A stretch of DNA of 46,288 bases from an uncultured Woeseiaceae bacterium (GTDB taxonomy: Bacteria; Pseudomonadota; Gammaproteobacteria; Steroidobacterales; Woeseiaceae), in NCBI GenBank assembly GCA_964421805.1, contig CAYQZN010000001.1, positions 1 through 46,288 of the forward strand. Direction: 5' to 3'. Shown in pieces: positions 1-8,889 of the stretch; the first letter of the stretch is position 1, and every line of letters begins with the position of its first letter. Below the pieces are notes generated by a model. That model made no database searches. It saw only the letters and a program-made list of their open reading frames with translations, and was not told the origin of the DNA. The position numbers and the translations under genes were made by a program.

Positions 1-502
1 CCTGGTAGGGCTCGCCGTCGGCGGTGCGCTCGAAGGTGGGCCGGCCGTTCACCGGATCGTTGGTGACGTGCACCACTTCCACGGTCTCGCCGGTCCAGGG
101 GTTCTCCCATTCCTTCAGTACTTCGCCCGTCTCCGGGTCCTTGTAGAGCAGGATCTCGCGGCTCACCAGCCGGTAGCCCTCGCCCCGGTCGGGGTCCGTG
201 ATCGTGCCGCACTGACGCACGTTCATGCCCTCCACCAGGAACAGCAGCTTGTCCGCCTCGCCGGGCACGCGGCTGTAGGCGCGGCCGTGCCACCAGTAGT
301 ACACGGGCTTCTCGTCCTCGAGCGAACACATGATCTTGCGCTGGGCGGCTACCGCGCCCTCGCCGGTGGACAGATCGATCTCGGCCGACTGCGCGACGGG
401 CGCCGCCGTCAGGCAGAGCAGCATGGCAGCCGCCATGGCCATAGCCATAGGCTTCGCCTTCACATCGGCGTTTGCAGGCATCGTTCCCGGGCTCACGTGC
501 AT
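1..502 (-). CDS. DUF1838-like exported protein, 3' end runs off window
   Basis: Not in ORF track (no stop in window). Manual minus-strand translation from ATG 502 (AGGAG RBS upstream): signal-like AMAAAMLLCLTAAPVAQS, then KIMCSLEDEKPVYYWWHGRAYSRVPGE..LLFLVEGMNVRQC..SREILLYKDPETGEVLKEWENPWTGETVEVVHVTNDPVN, which resembles DUF1838. Confidence 0.75.
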   Translation of the reverse strand, partial: MHVSPGTMPANADVKAKPMAMAMAAAMLLCLTAAPVAQSAEIDLSTGEGAVAAQRKIMCSLEDEKPVYYWWHGRAYSRVPGEADKLLFLVEGMNVRQCGTITDPDRGEGYRLVSREILLYKDPETGEVLKEWENPWTGETVEVVHVTNDPVNGRPTFERTADGEPYQ

Positions 503-567
503 TCCTGTTCTCCTTCTCGCTGTTCCCGCAATGCCCGCCGGACCGCTCCCCCGCGGGCGGCTCAAGC

Positions 568-1566
568 TTAGCACGCCGGCTCCGCGCCATCGGCTGTGAG
601 CCGGCAGAAATCACCCGCAGCCACGTTGCCGCCGGAGAGCACCACCGCGGTGGTGCCGGTGCTCGCGACCTTGCCCGTCAGCAATGCCGCGAGCGCCACG
701 GCACCGCCGGGCTCCAGCACCAGGTGCAGTTCCTCGAAGGCGTGGCGCATGGCGGCGACGGCCTCCTCGTCCGTGACCGTGAGGGCGCCCGCGAGCCGGC
801 GCTGCAACACCGGGAAGGTCAGGCGGCCCGGCGAGGGCGTGAGCAGGGCATCGCAGATCGACCGCGCTTGCGGCGAGACACTCTCCCGCCGGCCGCTGGC
901 GAGCGAACGCGCCGTGTCGTCGAACGCGGCGGGCTCGACGGCCCAGATTTCCGCCGCCGGCGCCAGGGACTCGGCCGCCAGCGCGATGCCGGCGCTCAGG
1001 CCCCCTCCGCCGCAGCACACCAGGATGCGGTCCGGCATGGCGCCGAGCTGCCGGGCCTGGCGACAGATCTCGAGTCCCACCGTGCCCTGGCCGGCAATCA
1101 CAGCGTAGTGGTCGTAGGAGGGGACCAGCGTCGCGCCGCGCTCTTCGGCGATCGCGCGGCCGATGGCCTCCCGGTCCTCCCTGTAGCGGTCGTAGGAGCG
1201 GATCTCCGCGCCGAGGCGCCGCGTCGCCTCCACCTTGCGTTGCGGCGCGTCCTCCGGCATGACGATGATGGCCCGCATGCCGAGCAGCCGGGCCGCCTCC
1301 GCCACGCCCTGGGCATGGTTGCCCGAAGACCAGGCCACCACCCCGCGCTGCCGCGCCTGCGGCGGGATCTGCGCCAGGCAGTTGTAGGCGCCGCGGATCT
1401 TGAACGACCCCGTGCGCTGCAGACACTCCGGTTTCAGCAGCACGCGCCCGCCGGCCCGCTCGTTCAGTGCCGGCGATTCCAGCAGGGGCGTCTGCAACGC
1501 GATGCCCGCGATGCGTGCGGCGGCGGCCTCGATGGCCGCCAGATCCGGCTCGCGCTCTGCCGTCAT
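568..1566 (-). CDS. PLP-dependent threonine/serine dehydratase family protein
   Basis: KPECLQRTGSFKIRGA (PLP lysine), SSGNHAQG, CGGGGL, EPGGAVALAA, VLSGGN motifs; no ACT domain. Confidence 0.92.
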   Translation of the reverse strand: MTAEREPDLAAIEAAAARIAGIALQTPLLESPALNERAGGRVLLKPECLQRTGSFKIRGAYNCLAQIPPQARQRGVVAWSSGNHAQGVAEAARLLGMRAIIVMPEDAPQRKVEATRRLGAEIRSYDRYREDREAIGRAIAEERGATLVPSYDHYAVIAGQGTVGLEICRQARQLGAMPDRILVCCGGGGLSAGIALAAESLAPAAEIWAVEPAAFDDTARSLASGRRESVSPQARSICDALLTPSPGRLTFPVLQRRLAGALTVTDEEAVAAMRHAFEELHLVLEPGGAVALAALLTGKVASTGTTAVVLSGGNVAAGDFCRLTADGAEPAC

Positions 1567-1632
1567 GACGCCGCCTGCCGGCGCGCGCCCGCACGGAAAC
1601 TGCTACGCTGCACGCTGCGTCCGGCGGCAGCC

Positions 1633-1668
1633 GCTATACGAAAAGCCATACGAATAGCGATACGAACA
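1633..1668 (+). repeat. three tandem 12-bp direct repeats GCnATACGAAnA in a divergent intergenic region
   Basis: gctatacgaaaa-gccatacgaata-gcgatacgaaca read directly; AT-rich against the GC-rich background. Confidence 0.8.
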
Positions 1669-1713
1669 ACCGCCGGGAAACCCGCTCGTCCCGGCACCAA
1701 GGAGCCGTCATTC

Positions 1714-2508
1714 ATGCAGGAACTGGCACTCGTCCTCGGCACGACCCTCATCGTCACCCTCGTCTGCGTATTCATCCTGTGGCTGCTCAGCATACCGCTG
1801 AAGAACGCCAGCATCGTGGACATTTTCTGGGGCCCGGGCTTCGGCGTCATCGCCGTGGTCGCCTGGCTCCTGGCCGACGGCGCGCCCGCACGACAGAACC
1901 TGCTGACGGCGCTCACCGTCATCTGGGCGGCGCGGCTCGGGCTGTACCTCGCCTGGCGCAATATCGGCCACGGCGAAGATCCCCGCTACCGCCGGATGCG
2001 GGAGAAGACCGAGGCCGCCGGCGGCAACTTCGTCACCGCCAGCCTGTTCAAGGTGTTCCTGCTGCAGGGCGTGCTGATGTGGCTGATTTCCATGCCCGTG
2101 CAGGTGGGCCAGATCTACGACCGGCCGGCAGACCTCGGCATCGTCGCCGCCATCGGCGCGGCCCTGTGGCTGATCGGCTTCCTGTTCGAGGCGGTCGGGG
2201 ACTGGCAGCTGGCCCGCTTCAAGGCCGACCCCGCCAACGAGGGTCAGGTGATGGACCGGGGGCTGTGGCGTTATACCCGGCATCCGAACTACTTCGGCAA
2301 CGCGTGCCTGTGGTGGGGCCTGTTCGTCATCGCCTGCGAGAATCCGGTGGGCCTGTGGACGGTCTACGCCCCCATCGCCATGACCTGGCTGCTGCTGAAG
2401 GTCAGCGGCGTGAGCCTGCTGGAGCGCTCGCTGAAGAAGACCAAGCCGAAGTACGAGGAATACGTGCGGCGCACCAGCGCGTTCTTCCCGCTGCCGCCGA
2501 AGGACTAG
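1714..2508 (+). CDS. DUF1295 / steroid 5-alpha-reductase-like membrane protein
   Basis: ATG 1714 after AAGGAG; multiple TM helices; SIVDIFWG, EDPRY, EAVGDWQL, GLWRYTRHPNYFG motifs. Confidence 0.88.
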   Translation: MQELALVLGTTLIVTLVCVFILWLLSIPLKNASIVDIFWGPGFGVIAVVAWLLADGAPARQNLLTALTVIWAARLGLYLAWRNIGHGEDPRYRRMREKTEAAGGNFVTASLFKVFLLQGVLMWLISMPVQVGQIYDRPADLGIVAAIGAALWLIGFLFEAVGDWQLARFKADPANEGQVMDRGLWRYTRHPNYFGNACLWWGLFVIACENPVGLWTVYAPIAMTWLLLKVSGVSLLERSLKKTKPKYEEYVRRTSAFFPLPPKD

Positions 2509-2514
2509 CGCCAC

Positions 2515-2856
2515 TCACGCGCCCGCGGCCAGGCGGTCGATCTTGGCTGCGCAGATGAAGTCGTTGTCCGACAGCCCGTCGATGGCGTGGGTCGTGTAGC
2601 GCACCAGGCAGCGGCCGTAGCTCACCTCCATCACGGGGTGATGGCCCTCCACCGTCGCCACCCACGCCACGGCATTGGTGAATGCGATGGTGCGCGCGAA
2701 CCCCGTGAACTCGAAGTCGCGGCTGATGGACTTGCCGTCGCCGGACAGATTCCATTCGGGCTCCAGCCCCTTCATCAGCGCCTGCGCCTGCTCCGTGCTC
2801 AGCGGCTCCACGCCGCCCTCGCAGGGTCTGCAATGTCTCTCCGCCAGTGCCGTCAT
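2515..2856 (-). CDS. phhB: pterin-4-alpha-carbinolamine dehydratase
   Basis: CRPCEGG N-terminus, EGHHP and TTHAIDGLSDNDFICAAKID signature. Confidence 0.92.
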   Translation of the reverse strand: MTALAERHCRPCEGGVEPLSTEQAQALMKGLEPEWNLSGDGKSISRDFEFTGFARTIAFTNAVAWVATVEGHHPVMEVSYGRCLVRYTTHAIDGLSDNDFICAAKIDRLAAGA

Positions 2857-2922
2857 CGTCTCTTCCCCAATCGTCGGACCGTGCAATATAACCTGCGTGC
2901 CGGCCGCATTCGAGGCCCGCGC

Positions 2923-3495
2923 TCAGCCGGGCGGAGTGCTCCGCAGCCAGTACCGCCGCAGGATGCCGTAGAGCGCGATATCCTCGCGCTCGCCCTCCTT
3001 GTGCAACGCCTCGCGAGCCACGCCTTCGGCACGCATGCCGATCTTCTCCATCACCCGCCCGGAAGCCGGATTACGGAGCAGATGGTGGGCGTGTATCCGA
3101 TCCAGTTCGAGGACACGGAAGCCGTAGTCCAGCACGGCCGCCGCCGCCTCCGTGCAGTAGCCGCGATTCCACCAGGGCACGCCCACCCAGTAGCCAAGTT
3201 CGCCACCACCGGACGCCTCCCCATCCAGTTTGAGGCCGATCGAGCCGATCAGCGCCCCGTCAAGCGACAGCGTGATCGCGAAATTCACCAGCCGCCCCTC
3301 CGCGTACTCGCGGGCGTGAGTCTCTATCCACGCCTCCGCCAGACCGTCCTCGTAGGGATGCGGGATGTTCAGGGTGGTGTCGGCGATGGCGCGGTCGCCG
3401 GCGAGCCGCTGCACGTCGGCGGCGTCGGACAGGTCGAAGGGACGCAGCACGAGACGCGGTGTCCGCAGCGTTGGCCGGGGCGCCAGACTGTTCAC
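2923..3495 (-). CDS. GNAT N-acetyltransferase (RimJ/RimL type)
   Basis: TPRLVLRPF, ELGYWVG..WWNRGYCTEAA, NPASGRVMEKIGM; GTG start overlaps the upstream stop. Confidence 0.9.
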   Translation of the reverse strand: MNSLAPRPTLRTPRLVLRPFDLSDAADVQRLAGDRAIADTTLNIPHPYEDGLAEAWIETHAREYAEGRLVNFAITLSLDGALIGSIGLKLDGEASGGGELGYWVGVPWWNRGYCTEAAAAVLDYGFRVLELDRIHAHHLLRNPASGRVMEKIGMRAEGVAREALHKEGEREDIALYGILRRYWLRSTPPG

Positions 3496-5144
3496 CGGTC
3501 TACTCTCTCCGCCCGCTGCCGGATGGGGCCCTGATGAAGCACCAGCGCGTCCACGCGCCCGTCAGCATCCCGCTCGAACAACAGATCGGCATCCACCGCC
3601 CTGTAGAAGAACCGGTCGTCCCCGCCGGGATAGACGGGCAGGAAGGGCTGACCCGTCAGGCGCACCTCGAGGCCCTCGTCGCCGAGGCGGATGGTGAAGC
3701 GCGCCGACTCGCTGATGGCGTACTCGCCCGTGTATTCCACCAGGGCCTCCCGGGGCAGCGCCTTCTCGGTGCGACCGGCGGTTGCCGCCTGTTCGGCTAC
3801 CTTCTCGGCTCGCTGCACGACACCGTTCTGCACGAGTTCCAGCGCCACCGCCGCCGTGCCACCCTCGCCGCGCACGAAGTGCACACTGGCATCCGCCACG
3901 TCGATGGCGTACCAGTCGTCACCCAGCGGCGTCAGGGACAGCGGCGGCTGCCCGCTCGCCTGGGCCAGCAGCCGGCCGCCGGACGCGAAGACGCCGATGC
4001 CGAACTGCGGGGTGACCCGGTACTGCCCGGTCACGGTCGTGTCCGGCGCCGGCGCGTCCGCCGGCCGCGGTTCGCCGCCCAGCCACTCCAGTCCCGCGGC
4101 GGTCGGGTCCGTATCGCCGCTCACGAGGATGGTCACGGCTTCGCCGGTCGCCGGACGAAAGCCCAGGAATGCACCGTAGCCGCCGGTGCGGCCGCTGTGC
4201 CAATAGACCGGCCCTTTGGCGCTGGCCGCCATGTGCCACACCCGGGTCAGCCGGTAAGGCCCCGCCCGTTCGACAACGATCTCCAGGTCCGCCGCCGGAT
4301 CGTGACGGAGGCCGGTTACGGCGGAGTCCAGATACCAGCGGGTCAGTCGCATGAGGTCGGTGGAAGTCGACCACAGGGCACCGGCAGCGGCGAGCGCGTC
4401 GAAACTCCACGCGGGTGCGGGCTCACCCGAGCGGTACCCCGTCGCTGCATCGCCGGCCGGTTCGAAAGTGGTCGAGTCCAGCCCGAGGGGATTCAGGACC
4501 CTCTCGCGCAACGCCGCCTCGTAGCCGCTGCCCTCCACCCGGCCCAGCAGCCAGCCGAGCAGACCGGCGCCGAAGTTCGAGTAGGCATAGTGGTCGCCCA
4601 GCGGTTGTTTTTGCCGGGCCGCGGCAAGCCCGGCCAGCAATGCCGCCTCCCCGTAGCTCCGGTAGGGGTCGGCAGCATCCGCCGGCGTCAGGTTGGCAGG
4701 CAGCCGGGGCAGCCCGCTGGTATGGGTCGCCAGTTCGAGCAGCGTGGTCTCCGCCACGGCCGCATTGGCGAACTCGATCCCCGTTCCCCGTTCACCCAGG
4801 AGTTCGCCGAGCGTCGTGTCGTAATCGACGTCGCCTGTCGCGATCATCTCCGCCAGCAGCAGGTGGGTAAAGGCCTTGGTGACGGAGCCGATCTGGAACT
4901 GCGTGTCGGGCCCCGCAGCCGGTGCCGTGTCCGCCGGCGAAATGCTGCCTCCCGCGTAATGCCGGGTCGCGCCGCCCCGACGCTCGCCCACCACGATGGC
5001 GAGCGCGGCGCCGGACGCCACCTGCTCGTCGACCCAGTCCTGCCGGTCGCTCGCCGGCGCGCCGCCGGCGACGGCCAGGAGCAGCCCGCCGAGCAGAAAC
5101 CGACTGCTGATCGCACGCATACGGCAGCGGACATCGACAGGCAT
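3492..5144 (-). CDS. exported serine hydrolase (beta-lactamase/AmpC-like fold) with two C-terminal DUF3471-like domains
   Basis: SxxK (GSVTK), YxN (YSN), LATHTSGL and HSG motifs; signal peptide; ATG 5144 after GGAGG. Confidence 0.85.
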   Translation of the reverse strand: MPVDVRCRMRAISSRFLLGGLLLAVAGGAPASDRQDWVDEQVASGAALAIVVGERRGGATRHYAGGSISPADTAPAAGPDTQFQIGSVTKAFTHLLLAEMIATGDVDYDTTLGELLGERGTGIEFANAAVAETTLLELATHTSGLPRLPANLTPADAADPYRSYGEAALLAGLAAARQKQPLGDHYAYSNFGAGLLGWLLGRVEGSGYEAALRERVLNPLGLDSTTFEPAGDAATGYRSGEPAPAWSFDALAAAGALWSTSTDLMRLTRWYLDSAVTGLRHDPAADLEIVVERAGPYRLTRVWHMAASAKGPVYWHSGRTGGYGAFLGFRPATGEAVTILVSGDTDPTAAGLEWLGGEPRPADAPAPDTTVTGQYRVTPQFGIGVFASGGRLLAQASGQPPLSLTPLGDDWYAIDVADASVHFVRGEGGTAAVALELVQNGVVQRAEKVAEQAATAGRTEKALPREALVEYTGEYAISESARFTIRLGDEGLEVRLTGQPFLPVYPGGDDRFFYRAVDADLLFERDADGRVDALVLHQGPIRQRAERVDR

Positions 5145-5286
5145 CGTTCTTCCTCCAATGACATTGCCGGGCACCGCCCTGCCCGGCCGCAGCGGGCCGC
5201 CAGCACACACCCGGAAACCAGACCGTATCGTGCCGCGTGTCGTTCCGCTAGCATCCTCCGGGAAGCCACTGTCAGCGGATCGAACA

Positions 5287-5823
5287 ATGCCGGATCGGGA
5301 CAACAGCGGATCGCCAACCGGCGAGCCTGTCGGAGCGGCCGAACTCGGCCCGGACTATGCCTCGCCCCGGGACCCCGCGTTCGAGGCGAAGTACACGGCC
5401 CGTTGCCACTGCGGCGCCGTGCGCTACGAGGTCCGAGCCCAGCCGGTGGATGCCAAGCTCTGCCACTGCCGGGACTGCCAGGTGCTGCACGGCGCACCCA
5501 TGCAGTGGGCGGCGATATTCCACAAGCGGGACGTGCGCATAACGGCGGGGATCGATTGCCTGCGCTTCTACGCGAGCGGCCCGGGACGGGCGGAGCGCAT
5601 CCTGCCCTGCAAGGTCTCCTGCGGCCGCTGCGGCACGCCGATCGCCGACGAGGGGCGGCGGATGTGGCTCGCGTTCCCCGAGCTGTTCGACTTCGGCCGG
5701 CCCCGGCGGATACCGGACGCGTTCCGGCCGACCTGTCACATCTTCTACGGCATGCGGGTGGTGGACGTGGACGACGACCTGCCGAAGTGGACGGGTCACA
5801 AGAGCGAGTCGCGGCGCTTGTAG
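5287..5823 (+). CDS. GFA/CENP-V family zinc protein
   Basis: CHCGAVRY, CHCRDCQ, CGRCGTP, PTCHIFY motifs; start approximate. Confidence 0.88.
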   Translation: MPDRDNSGSPTGEPVGAAELGPDYASPRDPAFEAKYTARCHCGAVRYEVRAQPVDAKLCHCRDCQVLHGAPMQWAAIFHKRDVRITAGIDCLRFYASGPGRAERILPCKVSCGRCGTPIADEGRRMWLAFPELFDFGRPRRIPDAFRPTCHIFYGMRVVDVDDDLPKWTGHKSESRRL

Positions 5824-5838
5824 GCCTGTCGGCAAACA

Positions 5839-5868
5839 GAGGCGGCTGCCGGGGACGGCAGCCGCCTC
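5839..5868. terminator. 13-bp perfect hairpin between convergent genes (probable terminator)
   Basis: GAGGCGGCTGCCG-ggga-CGGCAGCCGCCTC; weak U-tract on the minus strand. Confidence 0.65.
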
Positions 5869-5901
5869 GTCTCGCCCCATGGCCGGTTCGGCTTCAGTGT
5901 C

Positions 5902-6651
5902 TCAGCGCGTCTCCGCCACCCGCTGCGCCCCCTCCTCCGGCACGTACAGCGTCAGGCTGACCCGCCGCTCCAGGGCGTTGCGATCCGGGTCGCTCTCCTC
6001 GCCGCCGGCCTCGCCATGGGCATTGGCCGTGACCCGGGAGGCGGGGATGCCGCCGGCGGTGAGCAGACTCACGACGTGCTCGGCCCGGCGTTCAGACAGG
6101 GACTGGTTGTAATCCTCCTCGCCGCGCGGATCGGCCCACGCGTCCAGCCTGATCTGCACCGAGGGCAGCGCCGCGAGCACCCGGGCCAGTTCGCCCACCC
6201 GGTCCGCCGTCTCGGCATTCAGCGCGTCGGCCTCGGTGCGGAACAACAGGTCCATCTCGATGCCCGTCTTCAGCAGCTCCAGCATCTCGGGGGCACCGCT
6301 GGCGACCAGCGCCTGCAGCTCCGCGCCGACTTGCCTCAGGTCGCCGTCGGCGGCAGCCAGTTCGGCCTCCATCCGGTCGAGACGCTGCCGCGCGGCCGTC
6401 AGCTCGCCGCTCAGGACTTCGTTGCGCGCGTCCTTCTCGTGGTACATGTCGCCCAGCTTCGCGCCCAGCGCTGCGCCCACCAGGAATCCGACCGGGCCGC
6501 CCGCGGCGGCACCCACGACGGCGCCGGTACCGAAACCGATGGTCTCCTGGCGGGACGCCTCGGCGGCCGATACCGGCTGCACCGAGGCGGTGACGCCGAG
6601 CGCGAGACCCGTGATCAGGACCAGGGATTTGCTCATGGCATTCGTCTTCAT
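5902..6651 (-). CDS. OmpA-family peptidoglycan-binding protein, PdsO-like (glycine zipper + coiled coil + OmpA C-domain)
   Basis: Signal peptide; GFGTGAVVGAAAGGPVGFLVGAALG glycine zipper; LLFRT, ADPRG..YNQSLSERRA..V, HGE, ERRV OmpA motifs; AGGAG RBS. Confidence 0.82.
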   Translation of the reverse strand: MKTNAMSKSLVLITGLALGVTASVQPVSAAEASRQETIGFGTGAVVGAAAGGPVGFLVGAALGAKLGDMYHEKDARNEVLSGELTAARQRLDRMEAELAAADGDLRQVGAELQALVASGAPEMLELLKTGIEMDLLFRTEADALNAETADRVGELARVLAALPSVQIRLDAWADPRGEEDYNQSLSERRAEHVVSLLTAGGIPASRVTANAHGEAGGEESDPDRNALERRVSLTLYVPEEGAQRVAETR

Positions 6652-6737
6652 GTCGTCATTCTCCTGCGGCGATGGCCGCGTCCGTTGGCTACGGTTGCCA
6701 TTGAAGCGCCGCGGCCGGGCGCCGCCGTGGAACACCC

Positions 6738-6772
6738 GTGACGGATGAGGACGAAAAATGACGAATTGTGGC
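6738..6772 (-). promoter_or_regulatory. four 10-bp-period direct repeats upstream of the OmpA/PdsO-like gene (putative response-regulator site)
   Basis: Minus strand GCCAC-aattc-GTCAT-ttttc-GTCCT-catcc-GTCAC. Confidence 0.5.
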
Positions 6773-6780
6773 GGCGTGCC

Positions 6781-7785
6781 TCAGCGGTTGTCGTCGACCA
6801 GCGCGACGAAGGTGCCGCCGTTGCGGTGGGTGAGTTCGCGCATGAGCGCGGCGAACTGGATGGTGGAATTCTGGATGTTGCCCGGGCCGCCGAAGCGATA
6901 CGGGAAGCCGACGGCGTGAATGCGCACCAGGCGCTGGCCGTCCGCTCCCTCCGGGTTGAGTCGATCGACGGCGTCGGCGACGCCTTCCACCGACTGCCCC
7001 GTGTACTCGTCGCCGAAGACGTACAGGCTCACCTTTTTGTCCGGCGCGGCGAAGGTGCGGATGGCGGTCTGGATGCCGTTTACCGGCGTGGAGAAGCTGA
7101 GGGGCCGCCAATTGGCCATGGCCGAGAGGATGGCCCGCCGGCGCGACGGCGTATCCGGTATCCACTTGCCCGCGAAGCTCTCGAACATATAACGGCCGTT
7201 GTCGTTCATGATCTGTATGCCCTTCACCTGGGGATACAGGTCGAGGGTCTCGGTGAGCTTGCGCCGCGCCAGGTTCCAGCTGAATTCCTGCATGGAGCCG
7301 GAAGTGTCGATGATGAAGATGATGTATTCGCTGTCCACCGGGATGCCGCCGACCGGTGCGTCCTCGGGCCGGCTGTAGTCGGCGTTCAGCCGCCGCATCT
7401 CCTCGGTAAGCCGCTGCCGGGCCGCCCGCAGCTCGCCCTCGTCCAGGGTGGGAACGCTCACGTCGCCCGCGGTGGCATCGTAGCGGCCCTCGATCCGTGA
7501 CAGATCCCCGTACAGCCGCGCGAGCTTCTCCTTCGACTCGGACACCTGCTCCTTCGTGTCCTCCAGCTCCCGGTTCAGGATGACCGTCTCGCCGCGGATG
7601 TCGAACAGCTCCTGCTCGAGCCGGGCGATCAGTGCCTCCAGGTCCTGTTGGGTGCGCTCGATGGTCTGCGGCTCGTAGATCTTGGTGAGCACGAGCAGGA
7701 GCAGCACGGCGCCGAAGCCGCAGCTGATCGCATCCAGGAACGAAAGACTGAAGCCTTCCGCGTCTCTTTTCCGACGCCGCGCCAT
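6781..7785 (-). CDS. membrane-anchored coiled-coil vWA protein with ExbD/TolR-like N-terminal TM helix
   Basis: MARRRKR..SLSFLDAISCGFGAVLLLLVL, coiled coil, MIDAS DTSGS plus T (FSTP) and D (FGDE). Confidence 0.85.
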   Translation of the reverse strand: MARRRKRDAEGFSLSFLDAISCGFGAVLLLLVLTKIYEPQTIERTQQDLEALIARLEQELFDIRGETVILNRELEDTKEQVSESKEKLARLYGDLSRIEGRYDATAGDVSVPTLDEGELRAARQRLTEEMRRLNADYSRPEDAPVGGIPVDSEYIIFIIDTSGSMQEFSWNLARRKLTETLDLYPQVKGIQIMNDNGRYMFESFAGKWIPDTPSRRRAILSAMANWRPLSFSTPVNGIQTAIRTFAAPDKKVSLYVFGDEYTGQSVEGVADAVDRLNPEGADGQRLVRIHAVGFPYRFGGPGNIQNSTIQFAALMRELTHRNGGTFVALVDDNR

Positions 7786-7788
7786 GAT

Positions 7789-8889
7789 CTAGGGCCAGTC
7801 CTTGCTGATACTCATGAACGAACCGCGGGTGCGGTAGGCGAGCTTCCAGAACTCGATGGGTGCCGCGTAATCGCCTTCCATCGGGAACAGCATGATGTTG
7901 ATCGGCACGCCGCTCGGCACCTCCCGTACGGCCTGGGCATGCAGGGCCTGGCGCTGCGGTCCGGAGATGGTGCGCCGGGCCGGCGGCTTGTTGCCGCGGG
8001 TGGGCAGGCTGTCCACCAGCAGGAAGACGTTGTCCGGCCGCGGGTTCATTCTCCGGATGACCTCATAGGCACCCTGCAGGTTCGTGCCGCCCCGGGGCAC
8101 GGTGATGCGCAGGCGCCGGACGGCTTCGGCAACCTTCAGGCCGTCACCCACGTCCAGCCACACGCCGTCGCTGCCATCCAGCACCGGCTCGGCCGTGTCA
8201 TTGAAGGTGTAGATCTGGAACCTGGCGTCGGGCCGGAACTGGGTGGTGATCCAGTCCACCGAGGCGATGGCCTGACGCCATTTGGCCGCGCGCAGCTTCT
8301 CCTCGTCGCCCATGTTGCGCCGGCGGATGACGTTCACCACTTTCTTGTCCAGCATGCTCGCCGAGGCGTCCACCAGCACCAGGACGCGGTCGCCGCCCAC
8401 CTTCAGGCCGGTGAGATACTGCCGGTCGCCCTCGCCGCGGAAGGCGCGCACCTGATCGCCGAGCGCGGCTTCCCGTTCCGCGGCCGCCGCCTCGAGCCGC
8501 TTCTTTTGCGCCTCCAGCTGCTCGATGTCCGAGCGCAGCTTCTCGATGCGCTCGATGCGCGCCAGCGTGGTGTCCTCGTACTCGGACAGCTCCTCCCGGA
8601 TGCGCTCGATCTCCCGCTGCACCCGCTCGGCCTCGCCCTCCGCGCGCACGCGCTCGGCTTCCGCCTCCTCGAGCACGTTGCGGACCTTCACCATGTCCTT
8701 GCGGCCCTCGAGCACCTGCTCCTCGAGACGGTTGGTCTCGCTCATGAGCTCGGCCGTCTCGGTGTCGGCGTTACGCGAGACGGTGGCGTTGATGATCATG
8801 AAGAACAGCACCACCGCGCCGAAGCCGCAGCTCATGATGTCGAGGAACGACAGGCTGATGGCCTCCGTCCTGCGCCGCTTACGCGTCAT
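7789..8889 (-). CDS. membrane-anchored coiled-coil vWA protein with ExbD/TolR-like N-terminal TM helix (paralog)
   Basis: MTRKRRR..SLSFLDIMSCGFGAVVLFFMII, long coiled coil, MIDAS DASAS plus GGTN and LVDSLP. Confidence 0.85.
   Translation of the reverse strand: MTRKRRRTEAISLSFLDIMSCGFGAVVLFFMIINATVSRNADTETAELMSETNRLEEQVLEGRKDMVKVRNVLEEAEAERVRAEGEAERVQREIERIREELSEYEDTTLARIERIEKLRSDIEQLEAQKKRLEAAAAEREAALGDQVRAFRGEGDRQYLTGLKVGGDRVLVLVDASASMLDKKVVNVIRRRNMGDEEKLRAAKWRQAIASVDWITTQFRPDARFQIYTFNDTAEPVLDGSDGVWLDVGDGLKVAEAVRRLRITVPRGGTNLQGAYEVIRRMNPRPDNVFLLVDSLPTRGNKPPARRTISGPQRQALHAQAVREVPSGVPINIMLFPMEGDYAAPIEFWKLAYRTRGSFMSISKDWP

Noticed and set aside
3492-5144. Beta-lactam resistance gene
   Set aside because: SxxK/YxN/HxG with DUF3471-like tails is typical of general serine peptidases/esterases; no mobile context
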